DNA from: Callorhinchus milii
Lineage: Eukaryota
Direction: 5' to 3'
DNA: 50,136 nucleotides
Assembly: GCF_018977255.1 (NCBI RefSeq)
Contig: NW_024705381.1
Location: 1 to 50,136, forward strand
Below are positions 12,263 to 24,500 of the stretch, piece after piece (the first letter of the stretch is position 1; every line of letters starts with the position of its first letter). The notes under the pieces were generated by a model. The model was given only the letters and a program-made list of their open reading frames with translations. It had not been told where the DNA came from and did no database searches. Position numbers and translations under genes: made by a program.

Positions 12263-12875
12263 TGTGTGAGGCCGGCCTGGGAGAGGCACGGCGTGCGATG
12301 TATGGACATCGCGGACACCACTTGAATGTGGATGCAGTACCGGCCTTAAGCGGGGCTCGGTGAGCGCTGACAGCGATGGATGGCACCACGCTCGGCGTGC
12401 AGTGCCGGCCCCTACAGGATACGGTGCAAGAGTGCCGGCCACGGAATTGGGTTTAAAGGGACCATGGCACTCTGGTTGACCCCGGAGAACACGTGACCGG
12501 TGGTGTCTACACGGGGGCCACCCAAAAGGGGGCTAGGGGTGATCACGTGTCCAGGTCAAGATCCTGCTCGACGATTCGAGAAGGCGGCCCGTGGCTAAGG
12601 GCGGAGCGAGCCCCACGACACAGGATATAAGCCGGGTCCCCCAGATGGACCGGTTGCTGTTGTTATCCTGAAGAAGCTACGTTCTACGTTCTACAAGAAG
12701 AGTCTCCAACACGTGGACCTGGACCCAAGCTGTGGTCCTGTCCGTGGTAGCTCGTTACCGTGTGATTAGTGTAGTTAGCCTGGTGGTCACCACCATAGGT
12801 CGTATAGTGTTTATTGTCAAATAAATGTGTTGCCTCCAAAGAGCACGTCTGCGACTCCGTTTGAGCCCACTACAT
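12263..12875 (+). mobile_element. possible solo LTR
   Basis: TG...CA ends, GC-rich U3-like part, TATAA about 12626, AATAAA about 12820; no TSD identified. Confidence 0.4.
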
Positions 12876-13797
12876 ATGTATGGAGCTTTGCGCGTCAATC
12901 CTCTGTATGCATGGGTTTTCTCCAGGTTCTAGCGTATCCTGCCACTCATGCCACGAATGACACTGGTCAACACACTTTTTCTGGCATAAGGTATTCGAAC
13001 GGTTTTAAGGAAATTTTGGGGTGCTGATTCCAAATCTGGCATCAGTTTTTTTGTCTATCACATCAGGTTTTTGAGATATCAAATATTGCATTTTCAATAA
13101 AAACTGCAGAAGAAAAATATTAAATAAATGTGGATATCTACATAAAATAATATTATAATCACACTATCCAAAAAACACAGCACCATATTTTAACACTAAA
13201 GCAGTCACTGGCTCGCAACAACTTGCAATCATAAGTGACAGAGTTAATTTCGGGGAAAACCAATGAAATGGGGTATGCCGATAGCATAAAAATGAGATGT
13301 GATAGAGCAAATCTGAGATCAGATTTGGAATCAGCACCCTGAAATTAGTCTAAAACAGCTGCAAAAGTCCAGGCCAGAAAAACATGTGTTTTTTTGTTGA
13401 CCAGTGTTATCTGATAATATACAGCATGCGCACATTGGTGTCAGAGAAACACAACAGAATCCCGACATGCTTTGCATGTAAAGATTACATCGTAACAAAT
13501 GGCACAAGGCCATGGAAAGGCCAAGGCTAACTGTATGTTGAACTTCATTCAAACTGTACGTGGCCAACTGTGCTAATCAGAGGTGCGGGGGAAGGACAAC
13601 AAACTAAACAAAAAACGATTCTAAAGAAATTCGTTTTCAATTTTAAAATGCATAGATCCAGTGGCTTCCTAATATCGGAAGAGCGTTCCAGACGGTCGAA
13701 GCACATCTGAAAGTGTGTGATGCAGCGACCATCTTTTTCCAATCAGTTTTATTCTTCTTAGGACTCATCAATATAGTATAGCCAGCTGCTGCCACAG

Positions 13798-13993
13798 CAG
13801 AGGTCGCAACCGGGTACCCGATACCCGTACCCTACCCGATACCCGGCTACCCGTACCCGGCCGGGTACGGGTAGCCGTTTGCGACCCTGGTGCGGCCGGG
13901 TATGGGTAGGCCGTGAGTCACTGGTGAGTAACCGTTTGTCACTCATTTCGGGTAGGGTACGGGTAAGGAATCAAAACCCGTTTGCGACCTCTG
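13798..13993. mobile_element. hAT-type MITE with TACCCG subterminal repeats
   Basis: TIRs cagaggtcgcaa.cggg / cccgtttgcgacctctg; 8-bp TSD TGCCACAG (13790-13797, 13994-14001). Confidence 0.9.
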
Positions 13994-14426
13994 TGCCACA
14001 GCCATCTGCTGCCAAAACTTCCCACGGGGCTTCTAATGAGCAGCCCTCTCACGATAGTGGCGACAAATTTAGGGAAGCCCAAGGACTGACAAACCGCCCG
14101 TCTGCTACTTCAACAGAGCATGCTTGAATTATTTAGCTTTACTCTTATGGCATTTGGTTAAACATGCCTGTGCAGGATCCTCTTGAAAATGTATTTCGAG
14201 ACTCGGTGAAGTTAAGTGTATTTGCATATGCAGCATTACCTTTAACGCACGCATACAATCGAACCCTTTACACCCCAAATACAATACTGACACCAGCAGC
14301 GATGCTTGACATTTTTGACGAAACGGTGACGTTGCCATGGCGCTTGTGCCAAGCTACGTGCATTTTAAGGGTGCTGGAAGGTCGTGAAAACCAACGTTGA
14401 TGTTTCGCGTTCAAGGGAATCATATT

Positions 14427-14693
14427 TTTGGTTCTTTCGGTAAAGTCACGTAGAAGGGAAATAATAAAATAATAAAACATAATAATAACATTCTCACGTC
14501 TCTGCCACAACGCAAGCAGCCGTCCTCAGGTGAAGAATAGGGCTGTCGGAAAGACAGCGTCCTAATGAACACTGCTAAGCTAGGAGAATTTAACCTTATT
14601 ATGTTTTATTTTTATTATTTCCCTTCTACGTGACTTTACCGAACGAACCAAGAATATGAATCCCTGCAGTCACGAAAGCTTTAAATCGAAATT
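14427..14693. mobile_element. inverted pair of PLE-type repeats (family A, degenerate)
   Basis: Minus copy 14427-14560, plus tail 14597-14693. Confidence 0.7.
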
Positions 14694-15773
14694 TGGAATC
14701 ATATTTAAGAACGTTCAGTTGTCGATCTCCTTTGGACGCCATCTCCCCGCTAACCGCGTCAACAACCGATGCACGAGGTGTCCAGAAAGCTCTCCTTCAC
14801 TCTTAGTTAATAGGTTACGTGATACCCTCATTATTGATCTCCCTGTTGGGTGCCAAAAACCGCCCCAGTGCGCACGAGACCAATTATTGGACTGTTGATT
14901 ATCTCGAGTCAGATGGAAGATGAGTCTGCGAGTTATTTGGGCACGCAAGAAATACCTTCCAGAAGAAAGAACGCTACACGCTGGATCAAAGTGCGCTTGC
15001 GGGAAGACGCCTTTCGGACGATATATGGACCTTGCCCCGAGTACGTATCTTCTGAAATAATTGTAAATATGTATTTGCAGCCTTCCAAGAAGCGATGTAG
15101 AAATTGCGATTGTCCGTCGAGTGGTGAATTCTGGGTGTGTCCAATTGGGAAAGACCGGCCTTGATGATGGCGAGATGTGAATTCCCTTGCCTGGTATACA
15201 GGAGGTCGTGGGTTCGATCCAGACCCTGACACCTGTTTATTTGGAGTTTGCATGTTCTCTCCCCGTGGTCGCGTGGATTTTGCTCCGGATCCTCCGTTTT
15301 TCCCCCTTCACTTTTAGAAACATTTGTTTTAGAGTATTTGGCTGCTATACATTTCCACATAAGCCACTTCATTGAGCCATCATTTGGGGCCAAGTCGCTT
15401 CTGCAAAAAGAGCTATGTAGCTTTGTGGACCTCGCCTGGTAAAATAAAAAATAGTTCAGATTTAGTTTCAACTCCCTCCCTATGGACAAGACAGTGAACC
15501 ACTGTTAGTCTGTGCTCTCGTGGTAAGTAAACTTCGACACTGGCAATTCTCTTAAACGTATTGCCATAAACAAGAATAAAAAAACCCTCCACGCATGTCC
15601 CACTCTGGCCTCAAGACCTTCACATTTTCTTTCCTGCCTATGCCCGACTGCCTCCCCCTGCTACTATAAAGTGTCTTGAGATAGAGTTGCATTCGGACTA
15701 TATATAAAAACAAATTGCATTGTATAGCTTCACACAAGAGACTGTCTGCCTGTTCAAGTACAGGGTCATTCAC

Positions 15774-16012
15774 CTTCTTGGTTCTTTCGGTAAAGTCACG
15801 TAAAATGGAAACAATAAAAATAATAAAATAAAACATAATAAAATAATTCTCACGACGTTTCGGCCACAACGGCTGCTTGCGTAGTGGCCGAAACGTCGTG
15901 AGATTAATTTATTGTTTTATTTTATTATTTTAATTGTTTCCATTCTACGCGACTTTACCGAAAGAACCAAGAAGATGAATCCCTGCAGTCACGAAAGCTT
16001 TAAATCGAAATT
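15774..16012. mobile_element. inverted pair of PLE-type repeats (family A, 5'-truncated)
   Basis: Fold-back centred near 15870; both arms lack CTGANGA. Confidence 0.75.
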
Positions 16013-17974
16013 TAGGGTCATTCACGTTCCTCTACGTGTCTGCCTACGACTGGCAGCATCTCCGCAAAATAAATATTCGGCCCCACTGTTTGCGAACGGC
16101 GTCTTGAGACGCGGTCTCGTTTAGACCACTATATATACACACACACACACGCACGTCGTGTTGGACTGTGCGTGCTGCTTTCGTTTTTAATCTTATGTGC
16201 CACGGGGATGCACTTGCTGCTGCTGCTGCTGGCAGAGAGCTTCACCCTCCCTCCTCCTTTGGGGGACATTTCACGATCTTGCTGCAGAAAATGGCCAAGG
16301 AAGCTGCAAACGACGGCCAAACTGCGGCACTCTCCCCCCCCCCTCCACCCAGCTTAGGATTGTTCAGACGATGGAGAAGTGCCAGAGACAATCTAAAGTT
16401 ATAGCATTAATATTGATAAATAGCACACGCCGGGGAACTGGGTGGAAATGCCAGAGGTTGGGACGGCCAAGCGAAGGAAGGCAACCCCCCTTAGGATTTT
16501 GGTGTAAAAATGCCCGGGCCCGTCTCAGCCAACTTGAATCGGTTCGTGTGCGCTGTAGTCTTACTGCTTCGGCTGCAATATTAGTCTCAGAAAATGGCAG
16601 CCCATCGTACGCACGTGTCCGTGTCAATCGGTTTGGTGCAGTGGCCCATTTCTTCACTATGCAAGCCGAGTTTTGACTGCCAACTGTGGTCAACATCAGT
16701 GGCAATAGGTGGTCGGAGGCTGTCCCAGGACTCGCTTAGGTTAATTTGGCCTTAAACGAGCACCTGGACAGCCAGGCATGGCATTGGCCAACACAACATA
16801 CTTGTGTGCTATGTTGGCCTTTAACAGACGCCTGCTAACAGCGCACGTCTCAACGGTCTGTCAGGCTGAACAGGAGATATTTGTAGAATTGTTCACACAC
16901 ACCAACTGTTGGTGAAACAAGAGAGGTGGTAAAGCTGTTTGCACGACACAACTCTGGCAACAAAGGCTCCATTCTCAGCCACGATGCACTTTAGTGGCAA
17001 AAGGTACCAGAGGGCCGCCTTGGCCAGCGCGGTTTGTGAACACTCGTGAGACAAACGTGGCTGCACCAGGGAATGATCATACCACACATCACGCTCTCAT
17101 GTGACCGGCTGGTCTTGATTGCTCACTCACAGCACTAATCCCCGACAATCTACAGAAGCCAACGCAGAATCTTTGCCCGTATTGTTTTTGCGTTTGTAAG
17201 TTTACACGGGTGTGCAGTGTATGTCGGTGGAGTGCTCTCTCTCTCTCTTTAGTGCTGCCTAACGGCGTGTGCGACTTCACGATGATATTGGTCCCGGTCT
17301 AATAGTTTGAGCAATTCTACATGGATTGTGTCGGGCCCGCACGCTTTGCCTGGCTTAGCTGTTTTGATTGCATGTTCTACTTCTGCTTTGACACAAGCTC
17401 GGAGATTCTTAGCACCCCTGTCCTATTTAAAGGACGCCGATACTCAGGGCCTTTGTTGATTTTGCTTGTCATCATTGAAGTTTTCGAAGGAGGAATAATC
17501 CAAGTAGTTTCCGTTGCTTTCTTGGATCACAATTTATTTGAAAAGGTCATGTGGGGACCTTTCGAAACGGGTTTTGTCTGACGTCTCCACTGAAGTCTTC
17601 CCGCCTTGGGTGACCCTTCTGAGAGCACTAGGCTCTCGACGGTATAGCGATCAGCTTTCTCAGACGTACACAAACTCTCTCGCCGCGTTAAGGCACCGTT
17701 TCTCGAGTGCACCGAGTGAATAATAACTGGCGACGACGTGACTCTCTGGGACAAATCAGATGCCAGATATCCAAGGTGACACAAGGTCCCCCTCCCCCGC
17801 CCCCCAAACCAATCAGAAGAGCCATTGCATGTAACGGTGCACCGCTCCGTTACGGAACATTCGATTGGCCAACGCACCGCGTGACCGCGAACGCCGGTAA
17901 ACGATTGGCTGATCGTCGGCCCATTCTTCTTCGTTCGAGCTTGTGGCAAGTTAGTGCAAGTTATACGTCCCACC

Positions 17975-18203
17975 TGCATCCCAGCTTAAATAGTCGCTCC
18001 AAGCCTGGGTGTGTCATTCAGACTCTTGTCTACTCGACAGACCTGCTCTCCACCCGAGGACGGCTGCTTGCGTTGTGGCCGAAACGTCGTGAGAATTATT
18101 TTATTATGTTGAATTTTTATCATTTTATTATTTCCATTCTACTTGACTTTACCGAAAGAACCAAGAAGATGAATCCTGCAGTCACGAAGGATTTAAATCG
18201 AAA
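17975..18203 (+). mobile_element. PLE-type repeat, family A, with CCGAGGA variant core
   Basis: Homologous to 25470-25660, including the upstream cagcttaaatag..ccaagcct..gtgtcatt segment. Confidence 0.72.
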
Positions 18204-18355
18204 AATTATACGTCCAGGTTTAAGTTTGCGAGCAGTGCGATGGCTTCGGGAGTAGGGCGACTGCCAACACTGTCCAGTCTGCTGAACGGCGGGGGCAGCC
18301 CGAATGTGAACCCATGACAACGCGGGAGACGCAGGTTTGGTCTGGGTTTTCCATC

Positions 18356-18361
18356 TTTATT
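18356..18361 (-). terminator. candidate polyadenylation signal of eIF3e
   Basis: AATAAA on the minus strand (tttatt on plus), about 140 nt after the stop codon. Confidence 0.6.
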
Positions 18362-18498
18362 TCTCGTTTCGTCGAGTCATTTGGCAAAAATAAACTGCCG
18401 TAAAAATGTGCACGAGCCCGATTCTCATACCACGAGAGATTCATTCAGAAAACACGGTGATGGGCGAGAAGCCGGTAAGGTTTCACGAGCGCTCCCCC

Positions 18499-18534
18499 TC
18501 AGTAGAACACCTCCGCAGCAGCCCAGTGTGGCGC
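18499..18534 (-). CDS. EIF3E: eIF3e last coding exon ([11 protein letters not shown])
   Basis: CAG acceptor, then APHW...FY-TGA, matching the vertebrate C-terminus APNW...FY*; AATAAA about 140 nt downstream. Confidence 0.9.
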   Translation of the reverse strand, partial: APHWAAAEVFY

Positions 18535-21500
18535 CTGTGTATGACACAAAGAGAACACAACAATCATCGTACGAACACCACACGTCACCACAGCCATCTC
18601 TCTTTAGAAGTTATTAAATCCTTTATTAAGTTCACTTGCATGCTTGCTTGAGCGCTTACGACCGTGCAAATCTTTCGGTCGTTTTTTAACCCACTCCCCG
18701 TGATCCAATCGAGCTGACATTTTGCACACAGACTCGTTGTGCGTGACAATTTATTTTCGTGAAATTTTTCCCCCCCCAAAATTTTCCACTTTTTAGGGGA
18801 AAAAAAAATTCATATTTAATTTAAAATACCAATGTGATAAAAATGAAACTCTTACTCAAGAAAAACTGAAATGAATAATAAAATAAAACCGATGCCACGC
18901 ATATAAAGGATTGATAGTGAAAAACGTTGTTTTTACGGGTTACATTTTTTTTGTACTTAGTTTGTTGGTTTCCCCCCGCACCCCTGATGAGTATGCTGGC
19001 TACGTACGGTGCAAAAGAAGTTCAACATACATACACAGCCAATGCTGCCAATGCCACCACTCCGCTTGCCATTGGTTACTTCCTTACGCTAGATTCCACA
19101 GCTGTTGCAAAAATCACTCGACTTCCACCACCTGGCTCAAGGTCTGTTTTACTCGTTAAACGGTCGCTATATCCTTCGGGGACTACTCTCAGTCTCATGA
19201 TCACCACCACCACCACCATCTCTGGCTTTGGGACTTGACTACAGTAGTCAATTTTTGCCCTCCTCCATCATCCTCCACATGTGTCCCAACCATCGTAACC
19301 TCCCCCTCTCTCTTCTCTGATCTCATCTGCAACTCCTCTTCCAACACTGACTACTTGCCATGTTCTATTCCAGAACTTCCAAGCTGCTGACCCTATCCTG
19401 GGATGATATTCTTAGTATCGTCCACAAAGAAAATGTGCTCGAAGCACGTTGGGTCTATTTCTACTCGTGGTTTATTCGGCTATTGTTACCATTTAGCTGC
19501 TTCTACACCCCTCCCGCCCCCCACTATGAAAATTTATAGTGAGAACGCCGACACATCAGACGATCCTCTATTGTGCCAATGGGCACTGAAAAAAAACATG
19601 TTTTGCTGCAAGTTTGAATTCTTGATGAAATTTTATCCCAGGAAAGCCTCACGGAACCTCTTAGAATTATTATCACGAGGGTCTGTGTGATGATTAGCCA
19701 ATTCATATATGAAGCTTTGTGTGCGTATATGGCAGAAAACCAGAGACAGCCCATAGATACAAAAGGCGAATGCATAGAAAACCTTTTTCAGAAGACCCCG
19801 TCAGAATCCTACTTACTGTACTGCCTCATATTGCAACCACCAGCCATCACCGTGAATCATTTCACATGTGATCTCCCACTCCCGCCTCACATTGGCCAAT
19901 ATAAATACTGTTTATGCTGCAAAGCATTTTGTGGGAAAATGACAACTGTAATGTTTTGGGTTTCGAATGGATTGTGGGTATATTACCCATCATGCCGTGT
20001 AGTGTAAATATTGTTACATTTCATTTGTTGTTATTCACCACATAAGATGACACCTAAACTGTATCATTCTATTCATCATTAGCCATGATCTTATGCACTG
20101 CTGGATGAATGCCTCCCCAATCTGTTGCTATGTCTATGCCAAGTCTTGCGATGGAATCACTGACTCCATCTCTGCAATGGACATCCTCTAGGGCATGCTC
20201 CATTCTTTGTATGCTATTCCGTCGTCAGTCTTGACCACAGGCCATGCCACATATCCCTTCTTGTTATGAAGGATCCTGCCCAAGTCCAATTATTTTTCTA
20301 TAAATGTGTTTACTCCCTGAACCATGTGTTCCACTTGCTCTATGTGTAATGACCAGCAGAGGTCAAAGGTCAGGTTTGAATCCGTGAACTCTCGGTTTGA
20401 GGGGGGGGGGGCGATAGCGCTCACCGCTGAGGCCACTCTACCCACAAATCCAAAACCCTCAACCTCCTCCATCACGGAGTCTCTCGGGTTTCCTCAAAAC
20501 ACGTCCAAATCAATTAGCGATCCAAAGTGGAGGGAATTAGTGGTGCAACAGCGCTGGGTTTAAACGAGTCTTAAAGGAGAGTCACAGGCCAACAAAACAA
20601 TTAACGTTTGGCATCTGAATGTCGTAACTTTCAATCCACAGAGTGAAAGGACACCTGTCTTGTCCGGTTTAAATCCGTGGGTGTGGATAAATAGGAGTCA
20701 AGGTGAGCTCTGACCGGTAAGTGAAGGTGAGGGAGTTTGTGTAGTTGTTCATGTGAATGACGGTGGGAAGGTGTGCACCTAAAAGTGATCAGGTGCATGT
20801 GAGTGGGTGCAAGGAGGTGGGAGAGAGGGTAGGGATTGAGGGTGGGCATGGGCAGGTAGGGTTAACTGTGAATTCAGAGTTCATCGACAGGTGCAATGTG
20901 GAGTTTATGTGCGAGAAAATGAGAGAGAGTGAAGAATGGTGGTGAGCGGGGGGGTGAGCAAGCGTGGGAGTGAGGTGGCTGGCTGTGCCGGTGAGCGGGT
21001 GAGGGTGGAGGAGGTTGTGCGGGTGAGCGGGAGGGAGGTGACGTCAGTGAGCGTGTGTTTTTAATTTTAATTTTGGCAATAACAGGGCGTGGAGAATGGA
21101 GCATGGAACGGACGAAGCCCAGCTGAGCGGATGATGCACCCACCCACCCACCCCATTCCACGCTATTCAACATGCAAAACATACAGACTCATCACACATA
21201 CACACAACTCACCGTACACACTCAACACATGTTCACAACATCTAACTATGCACCGACCACACCAATCCACCCACACATCATCCCCTAAACTTAATTCAAT
21301 GCGCACTCATAGATACGCTCAATAGGCACGCACACACATGTACATCTTACCATTGTTACACATACACAACAACTGGCCATACGGTCAAAAAAATATCCCA
21401 CCCATCCCTCATCCCGGAATGCCATGTAAATTCAATGCACACACAACACCCGCAGAGTACACCAAACACAATCACTCACACATACCCACCCGTGCCCTAA

Positions 21501-24500
21501 TTTCACAACGCAACTGCCGACGCACGGTACTTCTCAGACTTGCGCACAACTCCAAGTCTGAGCACAAACCACAAGACGCAAACTCACACAACCGCGTAAT
21601 ACAAACCCACGCACAACTCATCTCTGTAAAGATGCACAAATCAACAACACACAACCGCACACGCATCTCCACAAATACCACGCAAAGCACACAAATCTAC
21701 ACGACACAAAATGGCCACATCATTCTACACACTATATAGTAATATATTAAACTTTCTGAATTCTTTATATATACACACACACACATGTATTTAATTCTCA
21801 GAACGGATGAATACATAGAGACTGCCCATCTTTCCCTGTGCTCCCTTTAATCCGTTGTGACGGCAGGATGCTGATGCCCTGCTCTCCATTGCGAGAGAGA
21901 TGCCAAGATGATAATCGCGCCATTCCCTGGTTATAAAGCGCTCGCCCAAAGAATTTGGAAATTAAGACTCGTTGTCCCCACCTGAAGAAGGACGCCTGTG
22001 TTGCGCCCGAAACGTCGTGATTTGATAACATTTTATTCGAGTTGCTTTCATTCATTTTTATTTTATCTATTTAAATTTTTACCAACGTGACTTTACCGAA
22101 AAAAACAAAGAGTATGAATCCTTGCGGTCAGGAAAACTTCAAATCTAAAATTAAGACTCGTACATTAAGGCGAAGGCCATCATGCAGATACTGACACCTG
22201 GCATAGGAATGTGGAATTTCCACAACCGACTTGAGTCCGCAGACAAAAGAGCTTACCACATCCCGATGCTGCTTTTCACAAGGCCACAGCACCTATTGCC
22301 ATAAGGTGCAGGCCTGCAATGTCTCGCTCACACCACTGCTGGTGGAAGGGCGTCCACTATAAGGAAGCTCTATACAGCCCCTTTGGAGGGGATTTGGCCT
22401 ACTCTTCCACGCTACCCATACGTCTAGGATGAGGTCGGAGTAACCAAACTTTACCCCACCACACAACATGCCAATTGACCGACTGCTTCACCCATTTATC
22501 ACTGCTGGTGGTGGTGGTGGTGGGGGCGGGCGGGCGGCGCATGTGGGGGTGCATGGGGAGGGGGGTGGGGGTGTGTTTCGTAAACTAGCTCAATGTTTCA
22601 ACCGCCGAACCGAGAGATGGAATAGAACCAAACGGACCTCCGGATAGCAAGTCCAGAGTGCAAAACCATTACGCGCAGCTGCGGCAATTCACTTCGTCAA
22701 AAAATAAAAACAATTAAGCGTTCAGCTTTTAACATGCGAGTAAAAATAAGCGTGAATAATGCTAATGCCGCTTCAACACGGTGTTAAAAACACACGAGCA
22801 CACGATGGTCAGGCCAATACATTAATAGAGGCTTCTTTCCCCTGGGCGCGAGACCTTTCACCCAGCCTCATTAGCACCAATTGCACTGCTGCGTGAGTGT
22901 AACATTACGTTTTTTTTATTCCTCTAACATTTGCTATTTAAGAAGTATTCTGTTGCCAATCTTGTCCCCAAAAGCAATAACAATCTGGGCAATGGTATTG
23001 GTTAAACAACGTGGTTCCATAGCGTTTGAATTAGTGGGTTTGTATTATCATAAGTGGTTTTTTTACCCTTTCATCTAGCAACAAAACTGGCACCTTTTTT
23101 ACAAGGAGTATACTGATGGTGCATTGTCTTTGAGTTGTGCGCCTTTTGGCATCATCTGGTCCAACACCATGTGAGACTAGGCTCTAAGAAAAGCTGTCTT
23201 GGGTGTGGACCAATCAATTTCAAGGACAGTGCATACATTATCAGAGTTGTGTTTTTTGTTTGCATTCTGACCGCAGGTATTGTGGTCAATGCAAACATGA
23301 CTCCTTGTAAAAAAGGTGTCAGTTTTGTTGCCAGATAAAAGGGTAAAAACCAATGATCATATTTTGCTACTGGCAAAGGAGGTTCCTATGGTGTAGTGGG
23401 TTTGTAGTTTTCGTGAGCAGATGTGAAGTGTCCTCTGATAGTCCATGAAGGTTTTCGTCAATTATTCAAGCTTTACAATAAGACAAATTATTTCATGATA
23501 CTGCTGCAGCTGCGTTGGCAGTGGTGCACAAACACAATTAACAATAATAACACCGTATGGTCTAAAAAACATTTATAGCACAAACAATTACACATCAATC
23601 CTTTTAAGGCGGTGTCTCACTGACGAATGCGTGGGGCTTTTTGTTGTTTCTATTGACAATTCGACGGCAGTTTTAGCTGCGTCGATAAGGCAGCAACACT
23701 CACACACTTGGGTAGTTTGAAACACTGCACCGCACGCACTTCATTCCTCTAAAACATCCACACATGGGCCGTGGCGTTGGCGTCACAGCAAGGTTTTCAA
23801 GTTGCAGGCGGTCGGTCGACCACAACTTCGTTTTGCGATCCGTTCTGAACGCCGCCCGTTTCGCGCTTTTCACTCGAGCCTCTCGGTTTCATAGAAATAA
23901 ATAAAAACGACGTTTGCCAACGTCGTCTCGACCGCACAGTTTAAAACTGCTGTCTAATAATAATTCTTTAATAATAGATGATACCTTTTTGCACACCATG
24001 TATTTTTCCAGTGCACGCCAATAAGTGGCTCTCCAAAGCTCCCCCCCCGCCCACTTCCCCGCCCCTAAAAATGTAACTGTATATTCAAATATTATTGCAG
24101 AAAATAAACACGCTCGGGTTAGTCACGGTTTTCCCATGCTATGAACCATGTACTGCCGGCCCTAAAGGTCTTGTCGGACAAAACGACGGACTGTAATCGT
24201 CAACGAATAAAAGCCCAAGCGTTCAAGAGCATGCCGTTTTCGTCTTATCCGGTGGCTTGCGAGGCACGGCCGCTGAGTAGCAAAGGTTGGATGGTTCAAT
24301 CCCACGACAGGCCACGCGGTGCACCTTTAGAGCCCCCTCTATAAAAAGCGCAAGAGCCTCGTACACAAAGCTCGAGTTGTCTCTCACGCTTTATGTCCTC
24401 TCTCCGGCGCTACCTCCGCGTCTCTCCCCGCACACCGCCCCCACCCCCATCCCCACCCACCTCCACGCGGTTGTTCTGAGACATTTTCTTCTCGATGTTG

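Noticed and set aside
15552..16124. Recurring small hydrophobic peptide [10 protein letters not shown]...[10 protein letters not shown]
   Set aside because: Translation of the ribozyme plus T-rich tail of the repeat; frame and length vary between copies
1..18300. A second protein-coding gene downstream of eIF3e (e.g. an R-spondin expected from vertebrate synteny)
   Set aside because: No exon with recognisable homology found on either strand
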